A program made the translations under genes and the position numbers. From contig JBHGNT010000003.1 in the NCBI GenBank assembly GCA_043228905.1, forward strand, positions 5,332,001 through 5,396,000: a DNA stretch of 64,000 nt, read 5' to 3'. The notes beneath the pieces are model-generated. The model saw only the letters and a list, made by a program, of their open reading frames with translations. It ran no database searches and was not told the origin of the DNA. The DNA comes from Azolla caroliniana (taxonomy: Eukaryota; Plantae; Polypodiophyta). This document shows positions 23,378 to 38,761 of the stretch, piece after piece. The stretch's first letter is position 1; every line of letters begins with the position of its first letter.

Positions 23378-26300
23378 CGTGTTTCCTTTCTTGGCAAGTT
23401 ATTCATCTTTTCAATGTAGTGTCGTGTTGCCTTTCCCATTCCTTGTCCTGATGTGATGAGCGCACATGAGGAATTGAGTTATACTAAATCTATAGAAAAG
23501 ATTGAATGTAAGACAAGGACAAGAGACAAGATCGACTTGAAGACAATGAAAATAATGAACTTAAAAACAACAAACATAGTTTAATCACCAAAGGGCTCAT
23601 GTTATGAGTGAGAGGTCAATTGTTCAAATTTATAATGGATGATGAAGGGAGAACATTGATCTATAATAAGGAACGAGGTGTAAGGTTTAGGAATGGTTCT
23701 TTAAAAATGGAAAGGTACGTAAATGGACCATATCTATCTTCCTCAGCTCTTCTGAGCAATAGCCGTTCATACAAGCCCATGTGGATGGATCCCATGCTTT
23801 TAATGTTTGTTAAACAGCTAGGTATCGTTTGCTATAGGTACATTGCATAATGTAGGGCATTTGAGCCTACATACCTAACGGAGTGATTCAAACGAAATTT
23901 CAGTTCTTGTTCCTCTACAACATGAACAACCTGCAAGTGACATCCCACTACATGTTAAAAAGAAAAATCGTACTGAAGTTTAAAATCTGTTGAAACATAA
24001 TCTTACACATAGCATCTTTGGTAGTCATCAAATTTCCATATACAATCAGTTCAAAAAGTAAATGGTGATTGACTTCATTTGTAGTAAACCACTAGTCTAC
24101 CTAAACCTCCAATTTGTGCCATTTCTATTCAGGTAATGCTTAAGGTTCTTCTTTGATAAAGGAACAAATCATTCCAATCGAGAGGACTAAAAAATAGCAA
24201 CCTAATCCCAAGTTGTAATATCATATGTCGTGTCTTGAAACATATCTATTTCATGAAAGTCATTGTGGACCACATCATATTCCCTACCCCAAAACCAGAA
24301 AATGAAGCAGTGGTGCAAACTTTCTCCAAAGTAGCCATGAAGATCCTCTCATGTATATCTTTCCTTTCGCTTGTCTTGATTCCTTTCTTGGCAGGTTAAT
24401 AATCATTTCAATCTAGTGGTGTGTTAAACTAAATCTATACAAAAGATTGAATGTAAGACGAAGGATGAGAGACAAGATAAACATCAAGACAATGAAAATA
24501 ATGAACTTAAAAGCAACAAGCATACTTAGTTCAATTATTGAAGAGCTTACGTTATGAGTGAGAGTTGACAATGAAGGGAGAACAGTGATCTATAATAAGG
24601 AATGGTGTGTAAGGTCGAGGTATGGTTCTTTAAAAATGGAAAGGAATTTTGCATCAATCAAGTATCAAGGTCATGTGCTACAAAAGAAACTTACTATTTT
24701 GATCAAGCCTCTCTTAAAACCTATTAAAGATGGAAGAGAGCTCTTTCTTGGGGAGATATTTGGATTAGGATTTGGATGATGTATGATCTTATGTGGGTTT
24801 GTAAAGTTATATTAGGATTTGATGGATCTTCAGCATGTTTTATGGTGCTTAGTTAAGGTACTTTAGTGCTTGATGGACTCCTATTTTAGCATAATCTAGG
24901 TGATACTCTTTTATGGATTGGCAAGACAGATTATGTTAGGAGAAATGTACAATTTAAGGGATTTTTTAAATGTAGCAATGCTTTTAGATGGATTTGAGAT
25001 GTACAATTTAGGCATGGTTTAGATGGGGTAAGAAATGGTAGAGCAAAGGTTTCAATAAACTATTATGTTTTAGTTTGCACAAAATAAATTAGGTTTTGGA
25101 TAAGGAATGCTTTAGGTTTGAAAACTAGTAAACTAGAGTTCGCAAAGCTATGGATTTTGAACGTAGATTTGGTTTGGATATGGTATGATTTCTGTATGGG
25201 TTTCAAGACACATGAGATTAGGTTTGGATAATGTATGACTTTAGGTGGGTGGGCAGATGAGGTTTGAGTTTTAATTTTGTGATGTTCTAGGTATTCTTTA
25301 GGTAGTTTGATTGTTTCAGTAATCTCTAGAGTGGTTCTAGCTATAATTTGAGTAACATTTCGTTTTTTATAATGAATTCTTTAGTTTGAGGTTTTGGTGG
25401 AACTTTTCTAGCCGTTTGGATGTGAATACTAAGAATTGAAGCGAAAATCGGACTAATGTTGTGGTGTATTGGTATAAATTCTTGAGCTCAGATTGTTCTT
25501 TCATGACGATGATTATGAATCTCGTTTGATTATCACTACCATTAGTATTAAAGGTAAAACTCCACAGAGTGCTACTGTGTTTTTCTTTATTTCCCCAAAT
25601 GCACCAATGTTCTCATTAGTTGCCCAAATGCTCCTGCTCCACCCTTGTGGGAGAAAAGGCAGATCAATTGACCAATTTAATCACTAAAATAACACATGTA
25701 GTTGCTCCGCACTCATGGGAAAAACAACCTTCTCTGTTTTTTCTAGCTTCAGCCGTTAAACACAACTTTTTTGGGAATACGAAGTTGGAATATGACCCTT
25801 AACATTGAAAACATAAGGTCCTTATTTTCTCTTTAGCGAATAATTTGTGTGACATTCTCTTTAAAATGCTAACAAGCCTTATTCATAAAACTCTCGATAA
25901 AATTGCATAGCCTATGCCAATGGCCATATTAATCTAACAACTTATATTATCACAGTTAGAAACTCTACAGAAGATTATTAATGATTGATGGATAAGCGTT
26001 TTATGTTGATCACAATGGTGCCAAGAATGCATTCTAAATGCCCACAAATCCAAATTACATTCTCTACCATGACTCTCTTAAAACCAGAATACCTTGTGGT
26101 TCATGCTATTGACAATACCGACCACCACACATTCTAATAAACACAATTCAAAAAAAGAGTTCTTCCAAGCGATTTAAAGCATAGTTTAGCATTTCTTTTC
26201 GTTTGATGCTTTCATTGAGCTATAAGGGTGGGTGTCAATGGTTGGTACAACACAATGAGTGATAGATTTCCCATTCTTTTACAACATTTCATCATAGTGA

Positions 26301-27663
26301 AAATCAACAATTGCAATAGTTACGAAGATATTCCATCAAAAAGCTACATTGAGACAAATTATGAACTAAATGTATGGATGACTAGTTTATAAAGATCTAT
26401 GGCCAGAAAAGGAAGGGCACACCTCCAACAAACACATTATTACTCGTCTCAGACAAACAAAGTTTACATAGGATGAAACATTCTTGAGAATATTACGATA
26501 ATGTTATTCAAAGTGATGCTCCCTCTGAGCTAATGAGGACAATGGATGCTTTCTTAGATGAGCTACAAAATCAATGTTGAAGATACATTCCGCCACATCC
26601 TTGACTGAATCTCGATTTCTTTGATCGCATTTCGTGGCGTGCCTCACATAATCGTTTGATTTGATTTTCTGTATCTGTGATTAATCGTACATATACTTGT
26701 AGACGGGATCAATTGTAGATGAATCATAAGAATGAGATAGAGAGAGAGAGAGAGAATGCATTGACTCAACTATCGTTTTCTGATCTTTCTGAACTGTGTA
26801 AAGCATATCATATACAACTCTAAATAGTGTGGGATCCAGTAAAACCGAGGAATGATAATTGAGAATTCAAACCTGAGCTTCTAAGTGATACTAATTCTAG
26901 GACCGAGACACCCCCACACTAATGGGTTGAAAGACATTGTTTAGGTGGGTTGGTTTTAGCATTTAGGTTCAAAGCAAGAAACAACAAGAGAGGTATAAAA
27001 GACAGAGAAAGACACAAAAAGACCAATACTTTAACAATAGAACAAATGAAAAGGAATAACATTAGAGGCTTCACCAATTTATCAGTTTTTAGTCAGCTGC
27101 AACTAAGTCACGTGTATAATGTGTCCCCTTGCGACACACAAAAGCTGTAGGTCTACGACAAAGGCATTCATGTCGTTATATGATGCCTATACTACATCGC
27201 TCACATTGTCAATATGTAACATACGTATTAGGTGTGTGCATCAAAGGTACTAGAGACATTTTTTGCGTCGATAACACCCTATTTTGTATTAGTGTTTTGT
27301 ATATCATTTAGATGCTCTAGGAGATTGTTGAAGCAACATTATCACATTAAATATTTAGTTTGTTAAGATAATTATTTGAGAGAGATTAGGAAGTGTTTTC
27401 TTAAGCCTAATACACAAATTTTTGTTATAGCTCAATAGTGCTTGAGAACCATTCTTGCATGTTCATCTCCTTAAAGAGATACGACTTTGAGCAAGTGAAA
27501 GACGTGCACTTGTGCAACATACCTAAAAGAGACACATTGATTTCTTTTAGTTACATAAGCCCATTTAGGTGTAGTTAAGGAACACAAAAGTTTTCAAGAA
27601 AAGTAAGCTTTTCAAACCAATGAGAAAATGATATCTATTTAAACACATATAGAAGGATATACT

Positions 27664-30600
27664 TTAGCCTAGTGAGAAGGGTTTTTTTCCTTTATAGTGT
27701 GTCTCACATAACCATGCAACTTGAGTTCTCCCGTCCACTTTATAGTTGGTACGTTTGAGAAGGAACTTCTTAGCTATGTTCTCGTCAGTCAATCCTCCAT
27801 TTTCCTCCAATATCGATGCCAAGCACTTTTGCCACTCTTTGGAAGCAGACTTTAATGTACTTAGATATGTATCTTTGTTTGTTTTAATAATATTTTGTAT
27901 CATGGGGTATCCATTCGCTAGTTGTTTGAATTGGGGGGAACAATCAGGGAGCTTGCAACTGGAACCACAGAGGAAATACCGAGTGTAGCAGCTATTATCA
28001 AAACACGAAGGAAACCATTGATATAAGGAAGAGCTGTATTTAGAGTCCTTAATCTAAACTCTAACAAGCAAGTGAGGGTGATGCCAGGTTGGCCTTTCAC
28101 TGGATGTGGCAATCTCTTATGTTCACAATATAAACAGATTGTCACAAAATCCCCTTCCAAAAGTTGAGCCATGAATCTCAAAAGCCTTTGAAGTGTCGAG
28201 TTACCATATTTAAACATAAGGAAGGAAACACGAGGGAGTTGCTTCTCAGCTTCACTATCTAGAGCCATATCCTATTAGAGACATAGTCGAATGTAAGCAT
28301 TAGATAAAGATAGAATATAGATAGATAGATAGATAGAAAGGAGAGAGAGAAAGAAGGGTGCTGATCCACTCGACCACCCCCGAGCAAAGGTGTTGAGACG
28401 GACTCGAGCCTCGATCGGCGTCCCATACCATCACCATGGCGTCGAGTCATACCTAGTGCTGGCACGCTCGCTACAAGAGTTGACCCACCACAAGACAAAG
28501 TCTCGACGTAGTCAACAAGATGATCAAATGAGGGTAGCTAGGCCTCTTATTTATAGCGATACCCAAGGTCCCCAACCATGTTCACACTTGGCCTAATGGG
28601 TTGTCTCAATCCCAAGGATTAAAAGTAATCCTCCCCTTCTTTACACTCTTTTTTAACCCTCATACTTATCCATGTGTATAGAATACTACGGTAAATTCTC
28701 ACCACGGGATATTATATGGTCATGCCCGCAACATATCCAAAAGCTTGCTTACAGATTTCTCAACCTTGCTAATAGCATCTCTCCTCATACATTGAAGTTC
28801 ATTATGTATTTCCTTTAGGTTATTGGTCATTTGATCCACCTTATCATGTAACTCTAGGACCCCTTCATGAGTGGCATCCACCACACGACGTAAACTTAAA
28901 ATTGACATTACCATAAACTTAATAACTTGTACCTCTATTGTATCTTCTGATGTCTGACCTTCTTGCAACAAATGGTTTTCAAGGTTCAACTTGGACGTGA
29001 TCACATTTTCATGATTTTGATATTGCCTAGATACATTGAATTCATCATTCTCCAACAATGCATTCTCCACCTCCACCTCAAACCATTGTTTACATGAGTT
29101 GAAGACCTCCTCATAATACTCCGACCTTAAGAGATCTATAAAAGCACTCGTGAGAGAATGATACATGTCTCTAGTACATTTCCAATCATAAAATTCTTCC
29201 TTGCCTTCCTCAAATTTTTCTCGTAGTTGTTCCTTCAAGTAAGTTATTTTCACACATTGATCTTCTCTTTTTGGTGCGTTTGATGGATCACATAAACAAT
29301 TAGGCCTGATGACACTCTCGATCAACTTAACCCCTTGTATGCCAGTGGGTTGTGCACATATTGTGATCAAGGTGTTGATGATATGCTTCTCCACAAATGC
29401 TAAGGTACTTAGTGTGTTTTCTTTGGTATTACTTTGAGCTCGAACCAACACATCTATCACATAGTTTGATTTTGCTTGGCATATTACGATGATTATCTCT
29501 TTCTTTGGTAAACGTATGGATATGAAATCCTTGCCCAAAGTGACTTGAGCTTCATCATACTCAGATTGGATGACATTGTTAAATAATACTTGAATCCTTG
29601 GAAATAATCCCGGCGTAAGAAATGTGCAGTCACTATTCTCACACTCTAGTCTTCTGCCCATATACACTAAAGTATCTTTATCATCATCCATTGGGGTCCA
29701 ATGGGGTTGTCCCCCAACCTCATCCTTGGACAATATGGCAGGGATAATGATCCACTTTGTCGTTGTATTGGGGACTTTGCAACATAAGTGCATGGCTTCC
29801 ATCAAGTCTACCAGTATTGAGCGGTTTACTTTAGATCTTGTAAAGGATACAAACTTTCGCTCAAGGAGATCCCGAGTGAAGTATCCATTTTCTAATGTGA
29901 CCTTTAGGTGATCCTTTTGAGTTTGGGAAACCAATGAGGTGGCCCATGATCTGATTGCAGAACCAGTTGGGATTGAGAACGATGTGCTTGATTCCGTTTA
30001 TGTAGATGATATTACCAGACTCATTCAAGGATAAGGCGATTATATTTAGTTTAGCTTTCTCATTAGTGGAATTGGAAAGTTGACTATCTGTATTGCAGAT
30101 TTCGCTGAATTTTGTCCATGTGATGATTTGTTCGTCTGTGTTCTTTGAATGATTCTAGAGATGTTTGCTTACCTGTGTGCATATGTCATAGAGCTCAATA
30201 CCTTTGAGCACCTCTTTGGCAATTCTGAAAATACGATCTCCTACAGCTTTGACACAATCCTTGTTTCTTGCATCACTTCAAATGGAGGGTCAACGATATC
30301 AATTAGCCATTCAAATTCTGATCTAAGAGAATCAATGGAAGGTGAGACATTGCTTGAGATAAGATCAATTTGATCTGATCGTGTGAATACCACGATCACT
30401 TTGAGGGCAATGTTGGATTGACGGCTTTTGCAGGCGAGGAACTTGAGCTAGTACCTGAAGCTTGCTTCGAATTCCTCTACTTCTTTCTCTGATCCTTTCT
30501 TGCTAGTTTGGCTCTGGATGGGGCTCCAAACGAACATGAACATGGATGGAACATGATAAGAGCTTGATCCTATGTCTGGGAACATGCAGTCATGGAATGC

Positions 30601-31700
30601 GTGGAACTGTTGTTGGCCTGCCATGTCCCACACAGACACTCGGATTCCATCCTTCTTGATGGCCTGCACCTCGATTCCTTGTGTACGATCTCCTGTAAAC
30701 AGGGCTTTCAGCTTATCTGTCTTGCGGCCATAGATGGAACGCATGGTGCATACAAGGGTAGTCTTTCCTGCAGCAATCAAAATAAGCAAATTATACATTG
30801 CAATGGTTTAGTGTGATTACACCTCATCAATCTAGCCTGCTGACTGATTTTCAATATTTGAGAGTGTTGTCTGTTTTGGTTACCTGCGAATGGATCTCCG
30901 CAGATGAACAATCGCATGGAGGTTGCATTCACTCGCTTCTGATCAGAACTCAACATATAATTGCGCTTGTTCCCTTTTAGTACCCTCTCCCACATAACGT
31001 GATGATGTAACTTTACACTAATTAAAACATTACAATTTTGCTCTCTCTCTCTCTCTCCTCTCTTCTCTCTTTCTTTTCTCTCTTTAATTTCTCTCATACT
31101 CCTCTGTCATATATTTGCTAGAACCATCTAGAGAGAGAGAGAGAGCTCTTTGAGGTTCGGCCAGTGGCGCAGGAAACCAATGATCCTTCTCCAGTCAATG
31201 GATTTTAGATTTAAATGCAGTCTGTGGAGAGAGGCTGCGAGGGGTGAATGTGAATGTGAGGGATGAAGAAGGTCCACTGAAGGGAGAGATGTTTGAGGCG
31301 TTTGTTTTTCTTGAGGGCACTCAGAAGAGCATGAGCATCCCTGAATTTATATGACTCGATGAAGAGGCTGCTGGGTGCCACATCACGATCTGCTGCAAGA
31401 GAGAGAGAGCCTTCACCCAAGCCCCCTCCTCCTCTCCAGTTAGATTATCTTGTAGATTCAAAAGGACCATACGACCATTAATATATCATCCCCTCTTCCA
31501 AGTTTGGTGGTATCGACGAGGAAGAGGTTCTCAACATTGGGAAGATTAATTAAGTCTACATCATGAGTAGACGTTGAGGTTGAGATTGAGATTGAAGAGA
31601 GGTTCAGTAGAGCTGCTCTCGATTTCTCGACAGCTTCTCTCACCTCATCGAATTCCCACTTCGTTGCGATGAACTGGTGAGGGGGTGGGAGGTGCTCCAT
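27664..31700 (-). pseudogene. Second TORNADO1-like Roco copy, pseudogenised
   Basis: Paralog of 17013-21036 with the same intron (30768-30883). Lesions: deletions/replacement in exon 1, TGG>TAG at 30448, frameshifts near 29935 and 27960, solo-LTR insertion at 28273-28733. Confidence 0.9.
28273..28733 (-). mobile_element. Solo LTR (461 bp) in Roco copy B exon 2
   Basis: TSD TATCC on both sides; homologous to 60865-61321; absent from copy A. Confidence 0.9.
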
Positions 31701-31803
31701 GAATAAGAAGAGAAGAGAATGGACGGAAATTAATAAAACTCCTTCTCTCTCTAATGGAAAATGTGTGGACTGAGGTTTCTTCTTCTCTATCTTAATCTAT
31801 TTC

Positions 31804-34800
31804 TGTTAGGGTCACACTCGGATTAAATAGTACATTAGATTAAATAGAAGACAATAATATGATAATATAGGAGTGGAGAAATAAATGACACGAGTATTTA
31901 TGTGGTTCGACTAAATTAGCCTACGTCCACGGAAAGGAGAGTGATTCCACTATAAGAAAAATGTAAGAGAGGGTTTACAACAATTAGAGAAATTATTCTC
32001 TAATTAAACACAATACCCAAGACAATAACCTCACAATTCTCTCTAAAGAATTTTCTCTCTAAAATGGTGTTCCCAACTCTCTAATTCTCTCAAATCTAAC
32101 AAGCCTACAACTCTTGGTGGTCTCTTATCAAATGACTAAGGCTGCCTATATTTATAGCCCTCACTACACTAACTTTTGCATGATAATGATGCATGCATGG
32201 ACCTCTATATATATAGCCCTCACTTTACTAACTTTTGCATGATAATGATGCATGCATGGACCTCTATATATAGCCCTTACTACACTAACTTTTGCATGAA
32301 CCTCTATATATAGCCCTTACTACACTAACTTTTGCATGGACCTTTATATATACTTCATGTAGTTGAGAGACATGGCTTTTCATAAACCACAAAAAATAAT
32401 TCAATTAATTTAACAAATCTCCACCTTGACTTGAATTTCATAGTAGTCTCACTCCACCTTCAAATAACTTAATTATGGGCAACACCAATCAAATTCAAGC
32501 AATGCTTGAACTTGATTCTTGGAAGAGGCTTCGTCAACATGTCTGCGGGATTTTCATGAGTTGAAATCTTTTTCGCTAAGATATCACCCTGCGAAATAAC
32601 ATCACGAACAAAGTCATACTTGATATCGATGTGCTTGGTTCTTTCATGGAACATCTGATCTTTAGTCAAATGAATGGCACTTTGACTATCACATAAAATG
32701 TCGACCTTGTCCGAACAAGAACTGAGCTCCCCAAGTAAGCCTCTTAACCAGATCCCTTCTTTAATCACCTCTGTCATTGCAATGTACTCTACCTTGTCGT
32801 TGATAATGCAACCACGGGCCGCAATGAAGCTTTCCAGCTAACTGCACTTCCACCCAGAGTGAATACATACCTTGTCAGTGATCTTCTATTATGAAGATCA
32901 CCAGCATAGTCAGAGTCAACATAGCCAACTAGAGAACTACTACTCTTGCCAAACTCTAGATAAGCGTCTGAAGTCCCACGCAAATATCTTTGAATCCATT
33001 TCACTGCATTCCAATGTGATTTTCTAGGACAAGCCATATATCTACTGACCACACTCATAGCATGTGAAATACTTGGACACATGCAAACCATAGTATACAT
33101 CATGCTACCAACTGCACTAGAGTAGGGAACTCTTGTCATGTATCTCTTTTCATTATCTGACTTTGGTGATAAAGAAGCTGATAACTTAAAATGCACCGCA
33201 AACGGAATCGATACTGGTTTAGCATTTTTCATACCAAACCTCTCCAAAACTTTCTCAATATAACTCTTCTGAGTTAAATATAGCTTTCCACCTTTACGAT
33301 CTCTTTCGATTTTCATGCCAAGGATCTTTTTTGCTGCACCAAGATTCCTCATTTCGAACACTATGTTCAACTGCTTCTTTAATTCTTCAATATCCGACAT
33401 ATTTTTAGTAGCAATCAACATATCATCAATATAAAGAAGTAAATAAATAAATAAACCATCATGAGTCTTCCTGAAATAGACACAACTGTCATAACTGCTT
33501 CTTGAGTATCCGTTGCCAACCATGAAGGAATCAAATCACTTGTACCACTGTCTCGAAGACTGTTTTAAACCGTATAACGATTTCTTCAACAGGCAAACAT
33601 GATCTTCTTTTCCTTCAACAACAAACCCTTCTGGTTGTTGCATGTAAATGTCTTCTTCAAGTTCACCATGCAAAAATGCAATTTTTACATCAAGCTGTTC
33701 TAACTCCAAATCATGCATAGCAACTAATGCAAGCAAGACACGAATAGAACTATGTTTCATAACAGGTGAGAAAATATCATTAAAATCAACACCTGGTACC
33801 TAAATGTAGCCTTTAGCTACTAACCGTGCCTTGTACCTTGCTTTCCCCACTCCAGGAATTCCTGCCTTTATTTTGAAGATCCATTTACAGCCAACAATCC
33901 TTTGTCTAATTGGTGGCTTCACAAGTACCCAAGTTTCGTTTTTATAAAGAGACTCAATTTCTTCTAGCATAGAAAACAACCACTTGGTGGAATCAACAGA
34001 AGAAACGGCTTCAGAGTAAGAAGTTGGCTTGCCAATCGAATTTGTTTCTTCTCCAACTGATAAAGCATATGCAACAATATCAGCATATCTCTGTGGTGGT
34101 CTGATTTCTCTTCTTGGTTTGTCTCTTGCAATACTTCGTTCTTCCTCAGGAGGTGCTTCTTCTATGACATCAGGCTCCTCTTCTACAGATTCAGGAGCAG
34201 GTGTTTCAGCCATCACTGGTGGACTTGGAACTTCAAGCTCCACCTGCTTTGATGTACTCCCTGTCTTATATATATTAGAAGAAACCACAGGCTCCTTTCT
34301 AGGATTTCGTAGAGCAGATTCATCAAAAGTAACATCTCTACTAATTGCGAATTTAGGTGACTTAGAATTAGGACACCACAACCTATATCCTTTCAACCCA
34401 GAAGCATAACCAAGAAAAATACATTTTCTAGCTTGATGTTCCAATTTTCCTTCACTAACATGCATATAAGCAGGACATCCAAATATTCTCAAATTTGAAT
34501 AATTAGCAGGTTTACCGGACTATACCTCTTCAGGAGTTTTGAATTCAATTGCCGTTGACGGTGAACAATTCACTAGGAAACATGTCGTGGAAACTGCTTC
34601 AGCCCAAAAGTCTTTGGACAACCCAGCATTGGAAAGCATACAACGAGCCCTCTCCAAAAGAGTTCTGTTCATACGCTCAGCTACGCCATTCTGTTGCGGT
34701 GTTTTAACTACTATGTGATGTTTGGAAATTCCTTTAGCCTCGCAAAACTTGTTAAAATCTCCTCCGCAAAATTCCAAACCATTATCAATTCGAAGTCTTC

Positions 34801-37056
34801 TAATCTGCTTTCCCGTCTGCTTCTCGATCATAATTTTCCACTTCTTGAAAGTATCAAACACATCACTTTTGTGTTTAAGAAAATAAACCCAAACTTTTCT
34901 TGAAAAAGCATCAATAAAAGTCAAAAGATATCGAGTTCCTCCTTTCAATGGAACTAGTGTTGGTCCCCACAAATCAGAGTGAATATAATCCAAAGAACCT
35001 CTAGTCTTATGGATTTCAGTGCCAAAGCTGAGTCTCTTTTGCTTTCCGAATACACAGTGCTCACAAAAATCCATCTTTCCTATACTTTGGCCACAAAGTA
35101 GTCCTCGTTTGCTCAACAAGGTTAAACCTTTCTCGCTCATATGCCCGAGCCTCATGTGCCATAACTTCGTAACATCAGAATCTAACATAGACGATGAAGA
35201 AATTGCTACAGAAGCTGTCACTGTCGAGCCATGTAATACGTACAAGCTTCCTACTTTTCTAGCCTTCGTCACAACCAACGCACCTTTGCTAACTTTTAAT
35301 ACTCCACCTTCAGCTGAGAAATTGCACCCGTTGGCATCGAGGGTGCCCAATGAGATGAGATTCTTCTTCAGATCAGGAACATGCCTCACATCAGTCAATG
35401 TTCTGACAATCCCATCAGCCATCCGGATCCGTACTGTTCGTATTCCAATAGTTTTGCAAGGAGCATTATTCCCCATCAAAACTACTCCTCCATCAATAGA
35501 CTCATATGATGAAAACCACTCCTGATTGGGACACATATGATAAGAACAACTAGTATCCATAATCCACTCATCGTTCAACGTGATTGACTTTTCCGTCACA
35601 AGGAGCACATCAACATCACCTCCTACTTCAGCAACAATAGCCTTACCTGCATCCTTATTTCTATCTTGTGGAGTATTCTTTTTTCTATGCAACTTATCAC
35701 AATTCTTGCGCTGCGAACATGCCCTGGTTCCTTATAGTGCCAACACACAACAGATCTACTTCTGGATTTAGATCTAGATTTAGGCCTATCTCTATTGTTC
35801 CCTTTTTGTTTAGATCTACCCCTTACATATAAACCCTGTGCCTGACTATCACTTGTTTGTCCAGTGATATCATGATCAATCTTTTCTTTAGTTTCCAAAG
35901 AAAATTTGACATCTTTTAGAGAAATAGTATTTTTCCCATACAACATAGTTTCTCTAAAATGTCTATATGATTGGGGTAATGAACACAACAACAACAATGC
36001 CTTATCTTCATCATCAATGATAACATCAAGATTTTGCAAATCCATGATAATAGATTCAAATTCATCAATATGAGAACTAAGAGATGTACCTTCACTCATC
36101 CGTAGTGAATACAAGCACTGTTTTTTATAAAGCTTGTTCGTCAGAGTCTTTTTCAGATACAGAGACTCCAATTTTTGTCATAGTGACTTCGCTGTCTCCT
36201 CAGAGATTACCTCCCGCAAAACTTCATTTGCCAAAGACAGTTGAATCGCTGAGCGGGCCTTCTCGTCCATCTCCTCCCACCTAGTGTCCGTCATACCGTC
36301 GGGCTTTACACCTAAAGCCTTCTGAACTCCGTTCTGCACAAGGATAGTGCGCATCCTTACTTGCCAAAGAGAGAAGTTGATTTTTCGATCGAACTTCTTG
36401 ACATCAAATTTTGTCATCGACATCTTGACTAACAAGAAAAATACCAAAACTAATGTACTAACAACCAAGGCTCTGATACCAATTTGTTAGGGTGACACTC
36501 GGATCAAATAGTACATTAGATTAAATAGAAGACAATAATATGATAATATTGGAGCGGAGAAATAAATGACACGAGTATTTATGTGGTTCGGCTAAATTAG
36601 CCTATGTCCACGGAAAGGAGAGTGATTCCACTATAAGAAAAATGTAAGAGAGAGTTTACAACAATTAGAGAAATTGTTCTCTAATTAAACTCAACACCCA
36701 AGAGAATAACCTCATAATTCTCTCTAAAGAATTTTCTCTCTAAAATGGTGTTCCCAACTCTCTAATTCTCTCAAATCTCACAAGCCTACAACTTTTGGTG
36801 GTCTCTTATCAAATGACTAAGGCTGCCTATATTTATAGCCCTCACTTCACTAACTTTTGCATGATAATGATGCATCCATGGACCTCTATATATATAGCCC
36901 TCACTTTACTAACTTTTGCATGATAATGATGCATGCATGGACCTTTATATATAGCCCTTACTACACTAACTTTTGCATGGACCTTTATATATACTTCATG
37001 TAGTTGAGGGACGTGGCTTTTCATAAACCACAAAAAATAATTCAAGTCATTTAACA
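31804..37056 (-). mobile_element. Full-length degenerate Ty1/copia (Tork/Tnt1-like)
   Basis: LTRs 31804-32415 and 36485-37056; TSD ATTTC; PBS TGGTATCAGAGCC (tRNA-iMet) at 36469-36481; PPT GTCAAGGTGGAGATT; order gag-PR-INT-RT-RH. Confidence 0.95.
32469..36423 (-). pseudogene. gag-pol: Copia gag-pol with several stops and frameshifts
   Basis: KFDRKINFSLWQ; [11 protein letters not shown]; LWHMRLGH; [13 protein letters not shown]; QLDVKIAFLHG; LYIDDMLI; YVDSDYAG; ADMLTKPL. Confidence 0.92.
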
Positions 37057-38736
37057 ATTTCCTTTCCTGGTAGTTGTTAATACAAGGGGAAGATTTGTGA
37101 TCGTCTCACCGCTCGAGTTATGTTGGTTGGCATTTCTCAGTGGTCGATATCCTATCATATGTTGGTTGACTATTCGGTCAGAGGTTAATTAAAGTCTCTG
37201 CATTCCTACATCCACATACATACATTTTATGTTGTGAGTAATGGTGATGCCCTATCATATGTGGTAGGGATATGTCTTGTTAGTTCAAGTTTCTCCATCC
37301 TATCCATCTACTATTCCCTGGTAGGGATATGTTTTGTTTTAAACAATATTATGGAGTGGTGTGAATATCATATTTGGTGGTGTTTGATATCCACATTATA
37401 TCATGGGATTTGTTCTAATGATTTATTTGGTGTTTATGAGGTATCACATGATGGCTTGCTCATATTATTGTGGTGTCAATATTCGACTCAATAATATCAT
37501 AGCCACATATCATGACCCTTTTTAGTGTGTATGTAATTCAATATTAAGAAAATAATACAAAACACACCCCCTCACTTTTTGTTGTCTTCCTTCCCTTTGC
37601 TTTTTGGGCACCATTTAGTTGATGGGAGAAAAGTTGTTGCAAATTAACATCCACTTTTCAGTCCTTCCAAGAAAGTAGGATCTTTTAACGCATGAGGTGG
37701 AAGGAAGCATAGTTAAAGTTGATCTCTTCATTAGAGTCTTTGATGAAAGAGAGTTGAAACTATATATTTTAATGGTTCAAATGACAAAACATATTCCATA
37801 TGAGTGAGAGAAAGACGAATTTCATGGATAGATGCACATGCCGTTTGCAATTCCTTTTAGGATCTTCATCTTCTGCCAAATGTCTCGGCATATTATTTGT
37901 CTTTTCAATTTATTGTTGTGTTTCCTATCCCTTGCATGATGTAATTAGAAGATAGAAATATAGAAAGGAAAGCTATAAAACTAGGCCCAATATTAACTAA
38001 CATATATCATTGTATAATTCCAATTACCAATTAACAAATATAAGTTAATGAGGAATGAATGCACGAGGTTAAGGCCCTTTTGGCCTTTGTCGTGAATTTA
38101 CCCATAGGTCTTAAAATAACGTACCCTTTATAATCAACCCCAAAAAGACGAAGGTCAACCCAAGAGTTGTGATAGTTATCCCTTTCTTCAACACCTCCTC
38201 TATTTGCAGTAGTATGCAAGAATGTTCCAAGTGGGTAGCAAAGAGATCCTTTCACTAGTGCATTTGCGAATGCATGCCCATTACATGGAATTCAGAGTTC
38301 TGTTAACTCTTCGGGCCGGACAATGGCCTAACACAGGGTGTCTACGGGAGACACTTCACCAAAGGGTGTTACGGCAACCGGATTAGACTTCAACGCTTAA
38401 TCCGACTTAATTAAGTTACTTATTAGGATCGTCTTTCATAACACACGCGTAAAATATAACAATTAAGACAGAATGGCAATTAACACAAAGAGATAACAAC
38501 GCTTAAGCTTTCATTAATTAACCGCCAACTATTACATTGTATCCGGGCCTTTAAATAGGTTTCCGGTCTGTATTACAAAACGGTGCCATCCGCACCTGTT
38601 CGGGATCGGTCCGGATCCGGAACGGCATACTGTTTCCGGTCCGTTCGTCCACACTCATAGCTTAATTACAACCACATTCCTACTACTTAATTAACTCTCC
38701 GTTTCCCACTCTGGACTCCTTTGTCGGCAGATAACA

Positions 38737-38761
38737 CATGGCACGCCCGTGGTACAGTACC
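38737..38761 (+). promoter_or_regulatory. Inverted tRNA-Arg PBS-like site and hairpin at the position of the PPT
   Basis: CA|ca-TGGCACGCCCGTGGTACAGTACC; conserved at 10443 and 12565. Confidence 0.6.

Noticed and set aside
24640-25800. G/T-skewed block and a Mutator-TIR-like start near 25550
   Set aside because: No matching inverted terminus or TSD could be identified by eye.
38737-38756. tRNA gene at the tRNA-like motifs
   Set aside because: Only the 3'-terminal ~17 nt match; no cloverleaf or A box.
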